Notes: generated by a model from the letters alone, not told the origin. A DNA stretch of 64,000 bases from Candidatus Sumerlaeaceae bacterium (GCA_049968255.1 JBMFRB010000004.1:128001-192000); one strand, 5' to 3'. Shown: positions 22,230-32,676, numbered from the stretch's first letter. A program made the numbers and translations.

Positions 22230-22307
22230 TCACTTCCCAGCTAAATTCCCCATGCGGGGGCGGCATTGAGCCAATGTAAGTTTTTCTGAATTGGACAAGC
22301 TCATCAT
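22230..22307 (-). CDS. Possible small protein (25 aa, MMSLSNSEKLTLAQCRPRMGNLAGK)
   Basis: Strong SD GAGGAGG immediately upstream of tandem ATGATG in an intergenic gap. Confidence 0.25.
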   Translation of the reverse strand: MMSLSNSEKLTLAQCRPRMGNLAGK

Positions 22308-22394
22308 GGTTCCTCCTCGTCCCGGTGACGACGACTCATCTCACGGGCCCATATGGATTTTGTGTCCGATTCCAGCTCACGGGCTAATCTTTTG

Positions 22395-23225
22395 TCAGCC
22401 GCTGGTCCCACCATCGCGCGGATTTTGCTCACTCGGTGTGCTGCCATTTGCGATAATGTCCAGTGCATAGTTCGACAGTGCATCTGCGAGCTTGTTATTT
22501 TCCCGTGAAATGTAATCAATAGAAAATTTACTAAATTGTTTAGCAAGTTGATGAGCGAGCTTTGCTCTCTCGTAGAGATCCGCGTTCTTAATTCTGTACT
22601 CCCCCTTCATCTGTTTGACGAGCAGCTCGCTGTCGCTAAGCACAAACAACTGCTCGATTCCTAACTGAATCGCTGTCTTGAGCGCTTCTATGAGCGCACA
22701 GTACTCAGCAACATTGTTCGTAGCCGTGCCAATTGGTTTTGCGTCTTGTGCGATTTTCCGCCCATCCATGTCGAAGATGGCAAAACCGATTCCTGCCGGT
22801 CCAGGGTTGCCACGCGAGGCGCCGTCAATATAGACCTTAGCTGTTTTCACTTTTCCACGGACTGACTCGTCCACGAACGGCGCTAACTCCGCTTTTATTT
22901 TCTTGTCTCGCGCCGCGGAGGAACTCCTGGGAGATTTTTGAGTTTTGGCGCCACTCCCAACAATATCCACATCTGTCGATGGTCCCTCCAGTTCCCATGC
23001 CGGCATTAGTCCTTCTATCTTTGCCAAATGACGCAGAAGTTCGGCGCAGTGATGAAACGCTGTGCGCAGCGGCGTGTCGGCAATGTCAGGATACCGCTCG
23101 AAGACCTCAGAAATATCCCCGTGGCGCGTAGCCAGAATATCGAGCACCCGATAGAACGGAACCTCGCTTTTCTGGATACTCAGGGCTTTCTGGAGAAGCT
23201 TCTTTGTTTCACGATCAAGTGGCAT
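22395..23225 (-). CDS. rnhA: Ribonuclease HI family protein with an N-terminal extension
   Basis: YIDGASRGNPGPAGIG, TNNVAEY, SDSELLVKQM, RENNKLADALSN. Confidence 0.88.
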   Translation of the reverse strand: MPLDRETKKLLQKALSIQKSEVPFYRVLDILATRHGDISEVFERYPDIADTPLRTAFHHCAELLRHLAKIEGLMPAWELEGPSTDVDIVGSGAKTQKSPRSSSAARDKKIKAELAPFVDESVRGKVKTAKVYIDGASRGNPGPAGIGFAIFDMDGRKIAQDAKPIGTATNNVAEYCALIEALKTAIQLGIEQLFVLSDSELLVKQMKGEYRIKNADLYERAKLAHQLAKQFSKFSIDYISRENNKLADALSNYALDIIANGSTPSEQNPRDGGTSG

Positions 23226-23303
23226 AGCGTCTGACTCCGGGAATCTGGCCTACATCAATCTGTTTGCTGCCGATAGTTAAATTGCGCCCACGTGTACCCT
23301 AAC

Positions 23304-26201
23304 ATGCAAATGGCTTCACGAAACGCTATCGTTGTCCGCGGCGCAGCAGAACACAATCTCAAATCCATTGATGTGTCGTTTCCGCGTAATGCGCTCAGTG
23401 TGATCACGGGTCTGAGCGGGAGTGGCAAGAGTTCCCTCGCATTCGATACAATCTACGCAGAGGGACAGCGGCGCTACGTCGAAAGCCTTTCGGCCTATGC
23501 TCGTCAGTTTCTCGAGCAAATGCACAAGCCCAACGTTGAGCTTGTCGAAGGGCTTTCGCCAGCAATCTCCATCGAGCAGAAAACTGTTAGCAAAAACCCG
23601 CGTTCGACGGTCGGCACCGTTACGGAAATCTATGACTACCTGCGTATTCTGTTTGCCAACATAGGCCGTCCCCATTGTCCAAAATGTGGAAAACCCATTG
23701 CGCAGCTCGGTGTCGAACAAATTGCCGATCAGATACTCGCCTGGCCGGCAGGAACGCGTTTTCTGGTACTAGCGCCCGTTGTTCGAGAGCGCAAAGGTGA
23801 ACACCGTGACCTGCTCGAGCAAGCACGTCGCGAGGGATTTATCCGCGCCGTCATTGACGGTGAAGTGATTGAGCTTGAGGAGGTCCCAAAGCTCAAGAAG
23901 TCGCACAAGCACAACATCTCGCTTGTTGTGGACCGATTGGTTGTTGGACCAGAAAACAGAGCGCGTTTGGTGGAAGCCGTTCAGCTAGCTCTCCGAAAAG
24001 CCGACAGACTCGTGGTGATTCGCGATATCTCAGCCAACCGTGAGTTCCTCTTCAGCGAGCGTTTTTCGTGTCCGGACTGTGGCATTGCCATCGAGGAGCT
24101 TACCCACCGACTCTTTTCGTTTAATTCGCCGGTTGGAGCGTGTCCAAAATGCGAGGGCCTTGGTGTGCTGCAGGAGATTGACCCGGAACTCGTCATTGTG
24201 GATCCATCACTCAGTATCAACGAAGGCGCACTGGGGGTACTTCAAGAGATAGAAAGAGGCGCCGCGCAAAGCTCGTCCTCCCCATGGCAGCGCCAGCTTT
24301 TGGAAGCTCTGTCATCACACTACGGGTTTCTTCTCGATGTTCCCTTTTGCAAACTGCCCAAGAAAGCCCAGCGAATTCTTCTTTACGGCAACGATGGGGA
24401 GCTATTCCCTGCAAAGCTTCGGGGACGCAGCGGTATAAAGGAGACTCAACTGACGTGGGAAGGCATCATCCCGCGCCTGAAGCGAATGCTCGCGGAGAAT
24501 GCTGAATCAGTGGCCGATGATTTTGTTCGCGAGGTCCCCTGTCCGGAGTGCCGAGGCCAGCGGCTCAAACCTGCTGCTCTTGCTGTTCGGTTGGGCCGCT
24601 ACAATATTAGCGAGCTTTGCGCTTTGCCGGCAGCACAAATTCTCAAATTCCTCCGTGGCTTGGAGCTCACCGCGCGCGAAACGCAAATTGCCGAAACCGT
24701 TCTTAAAGAAATCACAGACCGCCTAAATTTCCTTGTCGAGGTCGGGCTTGGCTATCTTACGCTCGATCGCGGGGCTGCGACGCTAGCTGGCGGCGAGGCC
24801 CAGCGCATTCGCCTTGCAACGCAAATCGGAAGCCAGCTGGTTGGTGTCCTTTATGTCCTTGACGAGCCGTCGATTGGTCTGCACCAGCGCGACAACGATC
24901 GTCTTATCGCCATGCTCAAGCGTCTGCGTGACCTCGGCAACACAGTACTTGTCGTCGAGCACGATGAACACATGATTCGTTCGGCGGACTATGTCGTGGA
25001 CCTCGGCCCCGGCGCAGGCGTGGCAGGCGGACACGTGGTTGCCGCCGGCACGCCATCCGAAATCGAGGGGACCTCGTCATCACTGACTGGCAAGTATCTG
25101 CGCGGCGAGCTAGAGATCGAAGTTCCGACGCGGCGCCGACGCCCCGATCCCAACCGCTGCCTCATCGTCCGCGGTGCCAGCGAGCATAATCTCAAGAACA
25201 TTGACGTAGAATTCCCGCTCGGTCTCTTCATTTGTGTGACCGGTGTCAGCGGGAGCGGCAAATCTACTCTGGTAACAGACATTCTCTACCGGGCCCTGGC
25301 CCGCCATCTTTATCGTGCCAAAACCAGACCGGGGGCGCATCGAGCTATCGAGGGGCTTGAACATGTCGATAAAGTTGTGGACGTGGACCAAACACCGATC
25401 GGGCGCACACCGCGATCGAACCCCGGCACCTACACAGGCGTGCTCAGTCCTATCCGCGAGCTCTTTGCTCAGCTTCCCGAGGCCCGTGCACGGGGATACA
25501 CGCCGGGCCGTTTTAGCTTCAATGTCAAAGGCGGACGCTGCGAAGCGTGTCAGGGTGATGGAGTGGTCAAAGTCGAAATGCACTTCCTGCCGGATGTTTA
25601 CGTCGAATGTGAGGTTTGCAAAGGCCGTCGCTTCAATCAGGAAACGCTCGAAATTACCTACCGCGGCCGCTCAATCGCCGACGTGCTCGAGATGACGGTG
25701 GACGAAGCTCTGGAGCTTTTTTCTTCAGTACCAGGAGTAGCCAATAAATTAGCACTTTTACAAAAAGTCGGTTTGGGCTACATCGCTCTCGGCCAGAGTG
25801 CCACAACACTCAGCGGCGGAGAAGCCCAGCGCATCAAGCTCGCAAAAGAGCTATCGCGCCGTGCCACCGGGCGCACACTTTATATCCTCGACGAGCCCAC
25901 GACCGGCCTCCATTTTGAGGATATCCGAAAATTGCTCATGGTTTTGCAAGCGCTCGTGGATCAGGGAAATACGGTTATCGTTATCGAGCATAACCTTGAC
26001 GTCATCAAATCTGCCGACTGGATCATTGATCTAGGGCCCGACGGCGGCGACGGCGGCGGTTACGTCGTTGCTCTCGGCTCTCCTGAGGAAGTTGCGCGAG
26101 ACCCTGCCTCGATTACGGGCCAATACCTGCGCCCTATGCTCGAAAGGGAAAAACCGAAGACACCGCACCACAAAATGAAGGCTCCTTCGCACCGGTCTTG
26201 A
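23304..26201 (+). CDS. uvrA: Excinuclease ABC subunit A
   Basis: Two ABC cassettes ([18 protein letters not shown]), Zn fingers, [12 protein letters not shown]. Confidence 0.98.
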   Translation: MQMASRNAIVVRGAAEHNLKSIDVSFPRNALSVITGLSGSGKSSLAFDTIYAEGQRRYVESLSAYARQFLEQMHKPNVELVEGLSPAISIEQKTVSKNPRSTVGTVTEIYDYLRILFANIGRPHCPKCGKPIAQLGVEQIADQILAWPAGTRFLVLAPVVRERKGEHRDLLEQARREGFIRAVIDGEVIELEEVPKLKKSHKHNISLVVDRLVVGPENRARLVEAVQLALRKADRLVVIRDISANREFLFSERFSCPDCGIAIEELTHRLFSFNSPVGACPKCEGLGVLQEIDPELVIVDPSLSINEGALGVLQEIERGAAQSSSSPWQRQLLEALSSHYGFLLDVPFCKLPKKAQRILLYGNDGELFPAKLRGRSGIKETQLTWEGIIPRLKRMLAENAESVADDFVREVPCPECRGQRLKPAALAVRLGRYNISELCALPAAQILKFLRGLELTARETQIAETVLKEITDRLNFLVEVGLGYLTLDRGAATLAGGEAQRIRLATQIGSQLVGVLYVLDEPSIGLHQRDNDRLIAMLKRLRDLGNTVLVVEHDEHMIRSADYVVDLGPGAGVAGGHVVAAGTPSEIEGTSSSLTGKYLRGELEIEVPTRRRRPDPNRCLIVRGASEHNLKNIDVEFPLGLFICVTGVSGSGKSTLVTDILYRALARHLYRAKTRPGAHRAIEGLEHVDKVVDVDQTPIGRTPRSNPGTYTGVLSPIRELFAQLPEARARGYTPGRFSFNVKGGRCEACQGDGVVKVEMHFLPDVYVECEVCKGRRFNQETLEITYRGRSIADVLEMTVDEALELFSSVPGVANKLALLQKVGLGYIALGQSATTLSGGEAQRIKLAKELSRRATGRTLYILDEPTTGLHFEDIRKLLMVLQALVDQGNTVIVIEHNLDVIKSADWIIDLGPDGGDGGGYVVALGSPEEVARDPASITGQYLRPMLEREKPKTPHHKMKAPSHRS

Positions 26202-26233
26202 CGCCGCGGTAACTCACGTGCTGACATGGATCG

Positions 26234-27073
26234 ATGTTCGGAAGTCTTTCAGAGGCGACAAGTCGTTTTTTCCAACTATTTCTCTTTGCAAGCGTGGCTG
26301 CAGCGTTTGTCGAGACAATTTTTTCTTTTATCGTTTGTTCTCGCGCTCACCCTTACTGGGGGCCTGTGTTTCTTCGAGCAGGAATCCTCAGCATTCTGCT
26401 CTTTCTCCTCATCGCCGGCTCAGGAGTTTTAGCGAGTGCGCACCGGGTCCTAGGAGAATCCTTCGTCCTTACCATCACCTTCGATTTTGTTTTCATCTTC
26501 GCTACACTTGTCCCAGCAGCGTTTCTTTACGCGGCAGCACGATTTCCCAAGGACATGCTGACCCGTGTGGTGGCTACGGGGATTCACGTGCGGCTTTGGC
26601 CTGGGATAGCCGTACTTTTTGAGCTGGGCAGTCTATTTGTGCTTTGCGCGGCTGCCTCTATCGTCCCTCTCTTCATCGTAGACTGGCACTATGGCCCGCA
26701 AGGGCAAATACTCCAGGATCTACTGGAGAAACATCCGCTGACTGTTCTTTGGCTAGTCCTGAGGGCGCCATTTCCTGAAGAACTTGTGTTTCGCGGCTAC
26801 CTTCTGCCGCGTCTCTTTCTTCTCTTGCGTCGGGTGCTGGCGGAAACCATTGCCTTTCCCATCGCTGCTGTTGTGACGGCCGCAATATTCGCGGCCGGCC
26901 ATGTTCAGCTCATGGTTCCCGAGTGGCTGAAAATTGCGCAGGCATTTCTGTTAGGGCTAGTGCTTGCCTACGTCGCGCGCCGCGCGGGCCTACTTGCCGC
27001 TGTCGGGTTTCATTTCGTTTTCAACGCGTTCGCGTTCCTCCTTGCTTTGCTTCCAATAAACCCACGTCCGTAA
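26234..27073 (+). CDS. CPBP (CAAX/Abi) intramembrane metalloprotease
   Basis: PEELVFRG, FAAGH and HFVFN motifs; multiple TM helices. Confidence 0.85.
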   Translation: MFGSLSEATSRFFQLFLFASVAAAFVETIFSFIVCSRAHPYWGPVFLRAGILSILLFLLIAGSGVLASAHRVLGESFVLTITFDFVFIFATLVPAAFLYAAARFPKDMLTRVVATGIHVRLWPGIAVLFELGSLFVLCAAASIVPLFIVDWHYGPQGQILQDLLEKHPLTVLWLVLRAPFPEELVFRGYLLPRLFLLLRRVLAETIAFPIAAVVTAAIFAAGHVQLMVPEWLKIAQAFLLGLVLAYVARRAGLLAAVGFHFVFNAFAFLLALLPINPRP

Positions 27074-27085
27074 AGGTGATATCGT

Positions 27086-28015
27086 GTGATGCTGGTCGAA
27101 ATTGAAAATCTTACCACAGGTTACGCGCGCGAACCTGTTTTTGAAAATGTCTCATTGACGTTTGCAGGAGGGGTAGCTGCGCTGGTTGGCCCCAACGGGG
27201 CCGGCAAAACAACACTGCTGCGCACCCTTCTAGGTTTTCTGCCTTTCCGCTATGGCCGTGTCAAAGTTTGTGGTCACGTCCTGCCGGCGGAAGCTCTTCA
27301 GATTCGCGCGAAAATTGGCTACATGCCCGAGGGCGATGCCATAATCGGCGGACTTTCAGCTGTTGAATTTGTGACGTTCTTGGCTGAGCTTTCTGGTTTG
27401 CCCAGACGAATTGCAGTCGAACGAGCCCACAGCGCCCTCAATTACGTTGGCCTCGGCGAAGCGCGATATCGTGCGCTTGAAACCTTCTCGGCCGGAATGA
27501 AGCAACGCGTGAAACTTGCCCAGGCGATTGTACACGACCCCCAGTTGCTACTGTTGGATGAGCCAACGGATGGGATGGATCCCTCCGGACGCAAGGAGAT
27601 CCTCGAACTCTTGCGCGAGCTCGCCTCGCAAAAAGGCATGAGCATGATCATCTGTAGCCATTTGCTTGATGATGTTGAACAGATCGCTCGCGACATCATC
27701 CTCATCAATCAGGGGAAAATCATTTCGCGCAAGCTTGTCTGGTCAGGTGCAGCATCTGAAGAGATGTTCGCTCTGCGGGTTCACGGAGATCCGCATATTT
27801 TCGCTCGACGACTCGCGGAGAAAGGAGTGAAAGTGTTAGGCCCTCCGCAAGGAGCTGAGCTACGCGTCGCGCTTCCTTCGCGCGAGAACACTACGAACCT
27901 TTTTCTCGCTGCTCAGGAGAGCGATTGTGTCCTGTTGCGCGTCGAGCCACTCGAGAAGAAAGCTGCGGATGTGGTCATGGAGCTCTTTGAGGAGGGGACA
28001 CATGCCAATCTATGA
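27086..28015 (+). CDS. ABC transporter ATP-binding protein
   Basis: GPNGAGKTT, FSAGMKQR, LLLDEP. Confidence 0.93.
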   Translation: MMLVEIENLTTGYAREPVFENVSLTFAGGVAALVGPNGAGKTTLLRTLLGFLPFRYGRVKVCGHVLPAEALQIRAKIGYMPEGDAIIGGLSAVEFVTFLAELSGLPRRIAVERAHSALNYVGLGEARYRALETFSAGMKQRVKLAQAIVHDPQLLLLDEPTDGMDPSGRKEILELLRELASQKGMSMIICSHLLDDVEQIARDIILINQGKIISRKLVWSGAASEEMFALRVHGDPHIFARRLAEKGVKVLGPPQGAELRVALPSRENTTNLFLAAQESDCVLLRVEPLEKKAADVVMELFEEGTHANL

Positions 28016-28925
28016 TCTCTCTTATCAGCACTATGAAGGAGCACGGCAACTCAGACAGCAGTGGTGGACGATTGCGCGAAACACCGCTCAGGCTACGCTC
28101 AAGAGACCAGCAAGCGGGCGGTATCTATTTTTTATTTTTATAACATTTCTCGGATTTGCATTTATTGTCTATCTCTGGCGTTCGGCAACACAGACCATTG
28201 ATGCGATCCTCGAAGTCAACCCGACGACACAGGCGCTCGAGATCCGCCTTGGTGCACACAAGTTCCCCATCGCAATCATTTTCTTTCGCTACCTGAGCAT
28301 ACTGTTCTGGCCCCTCCTCTTGTACGTCATCACCAGTGTTTCTGTCGCGATTTCTGCAGAAGTACAGGGTGGAGGACTTACAGTCATCATGGCTCGACCG
28401 CTACGGCGTCGTCATTATGTTATTGGCAAAATTCTGGGGCTCGCCGGCCTTCCCACTCTCGCGGCAGGCCTCGTCATGTGCGGAGCTTTCATGCTCTTAT
28501 GGGGCTACTATTTCACTTTCCATCAGGCGCTGCGCCACTCACCCGTGCTTATTTGTGCTCTGTTCCACCTTGGATTAGCTGGTATACTTTGTGGTCTCAG
28601 CGCCTTAGCGCTTCATCCTCACACTTCAACGTTCCGCAGAGCTACCGGGGGATTTTTCTTTTACTGGTTTGGAACCTGGCTTTTCTCAACCGTCTCCACA
28701 ACGCCTAGCCTGAGGACTGTCGTATCTCTTCTGTCACCAACTCATATCCTCGACGGGATCTATCTTTGGCTTTCCGGCGTAAGAGCTCCCCAAGGTGTGG
28801 ACAGTCGCTTTCTCCGCGATCTCATGAACGGAGAAGTCAGGCCGTCACTTCTGGTCTTGGCCTTGCTGGCGCACTTCATTGTGCTAGGTTGGCGAACACG
28901 AAGCTTCTTTGTGGGAGTGCGGTAA
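28002..28925 (+). CDS. ABC-2-type transporter permease
   Basis: MPIYDLSYQHYEG start behind GAGGAGG; about 6 TM helices; MARPLRRRHYVIGK. Confidence 0.8.
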   Translation: MPIYDLSYQHYEGARQLRQQWWTIARNTAQATLKRPASGRYLFFIFITFLGFAFIVYLWRSATQTIDAILEVNPTTQALEIRLGAHKFPIAIIFFRYLSILFWPLLLYVITSVSVAISAEVQGGGLTVIMARPLRRRHYVIGKILGLAGLPTLAAGLVMCGAFMLLWGYYFTFHQALRHSPVLICALFHLGLAGILCGLSALALHPHTSTFRRATGGFFFYWFGTWLFSTVSTTPSLRTVVSLLSPTHILDGIYLWLSGVRAPQGVDSRFLRDLMNGEVRPSLLVLALLAHFIVLGWRTRSFFVGVR

Positions 28926-28927
28926 GC

Positions 28928-29881
28928 ATGGACGACAAACGCATCCCTGAACGAAACTCACCAGTGATCGTTTGCGAAAAGCTCAGCAAGTGGTTCGGCC
29001 AGGTTATCGCGCTCAATAACGTCTCTCTGGAAATCTGCAGCGGAATCGTGGGACTTTTGGGCCCAAATGGCGCTGGCAAAACAACCTTGCTGGAATTGAT
29101 CATCGGCCGCTTGCGTCCAAGCAGGGGGCGAGTGCGCGTTCTCGGCCACGATCCTTGGCGCGAGCCTCGGCTTTTCTACCGCCTCGGCTACTGCCCCGAC
29201 ACTGACGGCTTGTACGAGAAGATGTCTGCGCTGGAGTTCGTTTCCCTCATGGGACGGCTCACTGGTATCGAGGCCAACGAGAGTCAGAAGCGTGCGCGGG
29301 AGCGCCTTGAACTCGTGGGACTGTCGCCTGATCTTCATCAGCGAATCGGAGAATATTCCAAAGGGATGAGGCAACGCGTAAAGCTAGCTGCGGCCTTGGT
29401 CCATGATCCGGTTTTGCTTGTCCTCGACGAACCACTCAACGGGCTCGATCCCATTGCGCGGCTCAAGATGATCCGACTACTGCGGAAACTTGCCGACGAC
29501 GGGCTGACAATCCTTCTTTCGAGCCACATTCTTGCCGAAGTCGAGGCGCTGACGTCGCGTATTGTGCTCATTCACCACGGAAACATCCTCGCCGAAGGCC
29601 AGATCGAGGAGATTCGTTCCCTTATCGCCAATCAGCCTTACACATATCGCATCGAAACGACAAATCCGCGTGCGTTGGCGCGAGCACTTGTCACCCAGCC
29701 AAGCATCGAATCAGTTGAGTTTGTTTCCAGCAATTCTGCAATCAATGTTCGAACGACGGAGGCGCTGGCGCTCTGCAAAGCCATCCAAGAGATCGTCTGC
29801 GCCAAGCAATGCGAGGTGAAATCCGTTGTACCGGTCGATGATTCTCTAGAAGCAGTATTCCAATATCTCGTGAAGCAGTGA
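28928..29881 (+). CDS. ABC transporter ATP-binding protein
   Basis: GPNGAGKTT, YSKGMRQR, LVLDEP. Confidence 0.93.
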   Translation: MDDKRIPERNSPVIVCEKLSKWFGQVIALNNVSLEICSGIVGLLGPNGAGKTTLLELIIGRLRPSRGRVRVLGHDPWREPRLFYRLGYCPDTDGLYEKMSALEFVSLMGRLTGIEANESQKRARERLELVGLSPDLHQRIGEYSKGMRQRVKLAAALVHDPVLLVLDEPLNGLDPIARLKMIRLLRKLADDGLTILLSSHILAEVEALTSRIVLIHHGNILAEGQIEEIRSLIANQPYTYRIETTNPRALARALVTQPSIESVEFVSSNSAINVRTTEALALCKAIQEIVCAKQCEVKSVVPVDDSLEAVFQYLVKQ

Positions 29882-29888
29882 GAGCAAA

Positions 29889-30695
29889 ATGGTCTCAGCT
29901 CTAGTCAAAATCGGTTGGTACTCGGTGTGGCGTAGCCGAAAGAGTGGCAGCCCGCTATTTTTTCCACTCCTTGCCATAGCGTTCGTTGCCATTGTTTGGG
30001 CGTTGAGATTCTCTCGCCATGCTCAGTCGCCAGCTCAAGCGGTCGAGATTTATAGAACGTGGTCCGCAGTATTCCTTTCCTTCATCGTGCCTCTTGTGTC
30101 TGTGAGCTTTGGCGTCGGAATTCTGCGCGAACAGGTCGAAAGCAAAACGCTTGTCTACTTGTGGACGCGCCCCACGGGCCGTGTTCTCCCGCTCTTCATA
30201 AAGTGGCTTGTCGCCGCCGTCGTCTTCAGTTTCTTTGCCTCTTTAGCTGCGGCCATTCTCTATATGGGAATTATGCTCGCTCACAGTGATCCAAAAGAGC
30301 TTGTCGCAAGCGCCCTAATGCTCGGCTGGGACAGTGCTGCACTCACGGTTGGGGCTGTCGTCTACCTGCTCCTGGGCCTGGTTTTTAGCCTTTTCGGCAA
30401 GCGCGGGATGACGTTAGCAATTTCTTACGTTGTGCTCGTGGATTTTCTCGCTGCGTTGCTCCCCGGAGAGCTCCGCAAAATCTCGATGAAAATTATCACC
30501 CTCTCGCTCAGCTCATCGGGAACCGCGTTAAGCCGCCACAGAGGCTCGCTCGACCTGCTCCAGCAGCAGGAACTTGTATCAGTCAGCGAAGCGCTCTTTA
30601 CGGCGCTTGTGGTGATCGTCCTCTGCTGGATCACGATATTTGCGCTTATGCAAATCGTGGAAATAGGTGCCGAGCGTGCTGCGGGCGCCACATGA
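29889..30695 (+). CDS. ABC-2-type transporter permease
   Basis: EQVESKTLVYLWTRP motif; about 6 TM helices. Confidence 0.82.
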   Translation: MVSALVKIGWYSVWRSRKSGSPLFFPLLAIAFVAIVWALRFSRHAQSPAQAVEIYRTWSAVFLSFIVPLVSVSFGVGILREQVESKTLVYLWTRPTGRVLPLFIKWLVAAVVFSFFASLAAAILYMGIMLAHSDPKELVASALMLGWDSAALTVGAVVYLLLGLVFSLFGKRGMTLAISYVVLVDFLAALLPGELRKISMKIITLSLSSSGTALSRHRGSLDLLQQQELVSVSEALFTALVVIVLCWITIFALMQIVEIGAERAAGAT

Positions 30696-30805
30696 GTTGC
30701 AGCTGATGCAGGGGGCGAGCCAGCGGACTCAGGTAGGGGAAAAGATCCCAGCAGGAAAAACTCCGTGAATAAGTAGGCCAGGATAAGATAAAAACTCGCA
30801 AAGAG

Positions 30806-30880
30806 ATGGCGTCCAAAATTTTCATAACTCCGACCACCCTCATTTCGATCGCTATTATTGGGCCCTCACGGGTCCAGTAA
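30806..30880 (+). CDS. Ile-rich leader (attenuator) peptide MASKIFITPTTLISIAIIGPSRVQ
   Basis: 24 codons with 6 Ile and 3 Thr, directly upstream of citramalate synthase and followed by a hairpin plus T run. Confidence 0.7.
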   Translation: MASKIFITPTTLISIAIIGPSRVQ

Positions 30881-30930
30881 ACGCGCCGACATAAAACCAT
30901 TCCCTGAAGTCTCTCGAAACAGCTGCACAA

Positions 30931-30958
30931 CGGATCGCATTGGCGACCGAACCTTTTT
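30931..30958 (+). terminator. Putative attenuator terminator upstream of cimA
   Basis: CGG-A-TCGC-attg-GCGA-CCG hairpin followed by AACCTTTTT. Confidence 0.5.
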
Positions 30959-30982
30959 CAACACCAAGACAGGAGTTTTACC

Positions 30983-32599
30983 ATGGGCCAGCTACAGAAA
31001 GATGTCTACATCTACGACACAACGTTGCGCGACGGCGAACAAGGCGAGTTTGTCAGCTACTCTCTAGAAGACAAAATTCACATCGCACAACGCCTCGACG
31101 ACTTCGGTGTGGACTACATTGAAGGCGGATGGCCCGGGTCTAATCCCAAAGCCATTCACTTCTTCAAGAAAATGAAAACGATCCCGCTGAAGAATGCAAA
31201 ACTTGCGGCGTTTGGAAGCACACGACGCAAAAATATCAAAGCGGCCGAAGATTCTCAGATTCTTCTGCTTCTAGAATCTGGTGCGCCAGTTGTGACGATC
31301 TTTGGCAAGACGTGGGACCTCCATGTCCACGAAGCTCTGCGCGTCAGCCTTGAGGAGAACCTCGAAATGATTCGCGATTCTGTGAACTTCCTCAAAAGCC
31401 ACGGGCGCGAAGTGATCTACGATGCTGAGCACTTTTTCGACGGTTTCAAAAGTAACCCCGACTATGCTCTGAAAACGATCCGCACAGCCGCCGAAGCGGG
31501 GGCGGATACAGTCGTTCTCTGCGACACGAATGGTGGCACCATGCCTACCGAAATTCCTGCAATTATGAAGGCCGTGAAAGAGGCGTTGGGCTCGACCCCA
31601 ATTGGCGTGCATACCCACAACGATGCAGGGATGGCGGTGGCCAACAGCATCGTCGCCGTGCATGAAGGGGCCATCCACGTCCAGGGCACGATAAACGGCT
31701 ACGGCGAGCGTTGTGGCAACGCCGACCTCATCCAGGTCATTCCTAATCTTGAACTCAAACTCAAGAAACGTTGCCTTCCCGAGGGCAAACTGCGCGAGTT
31801 GACGGCGGTCTCGCACTTCGTTGCCGAGATTGCCAACATTCCTCCTGATCCGCGGCAGCCCTACGTCGGCCAGACTGTATTTGCGCACAAAGGCGGTGTT
31901 CACGTCAGCGCCGTCCGTCGTAATCCAGCCACCTACGAACATATCCCCCCGGAGTTGGTGGGCAATGTGCGCCGCGTGCTTGTGAGTGAGCTGAGTGGCC
32001 AGAGCAATATTCAGTCGAAGCTCGAAGAGCTCGGCATTGATTTGGCCACGTCGCCCGAGGACGTGAAACAAATTGTTCAGCAGATCAAAGAGCTCGAGGC
32101 AGACGGATATCAGTTCGAAGGTGCCGAGGCAAGCTTCGAACTCCTCGTGCAGAAGGCGAAAGGGCAGTACAAACCATTCTTCGAAATGCGTGATTTCAAA
32201 GTCATCACGTACGGCAAAGGACCCTATGCACCTTGCCCCGCTGAGGCAATTGTTCGTGTTGTCGTGAAAGGCAAAGAGCATCATGTGGTCGCCGACGGCG
32301 ATGGTCCCGTCAACGCTTTAGACCGCGCACTGCGTAGGGCGCTTGGCAATGTGTATCCCCACCTGAAGCGCGTTCATCTTACTGACTTCAAGGTCCGCGT
32401 CATCAACGCCCGGGCCGGGACGGCGGCCAAAGTCCGCGTGCTGATCGAGTCGAGTGACGGGGATCGCTCCTGGACCACTGTCGGCGTTTCCGAAAACGTG
32501 ATCGAGGCAAGCTGGCAGGCTCTCGTCGATTCCATCGAGTACTTCCTGCTCCATGCGCAGGAGGGCGACGGCAATGAAGCCGCATCGCAAACAGCTTGA
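30983..32599 (+). CDS. cimA: Citramalate synthase (LeuA/CimA family)
   Basis: YDTTLRDGEQ, EGGWPGSNPK, FGKTWDLHV, DAEHFFDG, HKGGVHVSA; C-terminal regulatory domain GDGPVNALD. Confidence 0.9.
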   Translation: MGQLQKDVYIYDTTLRDGEQGEFVSYSLEDKIHIAQRLDDFGVDYIEGGWPGSNPKAIHFFKKMKTIPLKNAKLAAFGSTRRKNIKAAEDSQILLLLESGAPVVTIFGKTWDLHVHEALRVSLEENLEMIRDSVNFLKSHGREVIYDAEHFFDGFKSNPDYALKTIRTAAEAGADTVVLCDTNGGTMPTEIPAIMKAVKEALGSTPIGVHTHNDAGMAVANSIVAVHEGAIHVQGTINGYGERCGNADLIQVIPNLELKLKKRCLPEGKLRELTAVSHFVAEIANIPPDPRQPYVGQTVFAHKGGVHVSAVRRNPATYEHIPPELVGNVRRVLVSELSGQSNIQSKLEELGIDLATSPEDVKQIVQQIKELEADGYQFEGAEASFELLVQKAKGQYKPFFEMRDFKVITYGKGPYAPCPAEAIVRVVVKGKEHHVVADGDGPVNALDRALRRALGNVYPHLKRVHLTDFKVRVINARAGTAAKVRVLIESSDGDRSWTTVGVSENVIEASWQALVDSIEYFLLHAQEGDGNEAASQTA

Positions 32600-32632
32600 G
32601 TTCAATGCTCATGACCAGCGGCGAGAAATAGC

Positions 32633-32676
32633 GCTATGGGGGGCTGGCTTACCCACGCCCCCCTCTTAGCTTTTTT
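32633..32676. terminator. Intrinsic terminator hairpin between convergent cimA and hisH
   Basis: GGGGGGC (32638-32644) pairs with GCCCCCC (32657-32663); outer GCTA/TAGC pair; TTTTTT at 32671-32676 on the + strand. Confidence 0.65.

Noticed and set aside
22200-22395. RNase P RNA next to the RNase HI gene
   Set aside because: The gap is too short and lacks the GAGGAAAGTCC signature
31271-32284. 337-aa antisense ORF inside cimA (similar cases: 19182-19973, 38510-39331, 20597-21217, 42481-43182)
   Set aside because: Shadow ORFs opposite well-conserved genes, explained by codon bias, with no recognisable motifs
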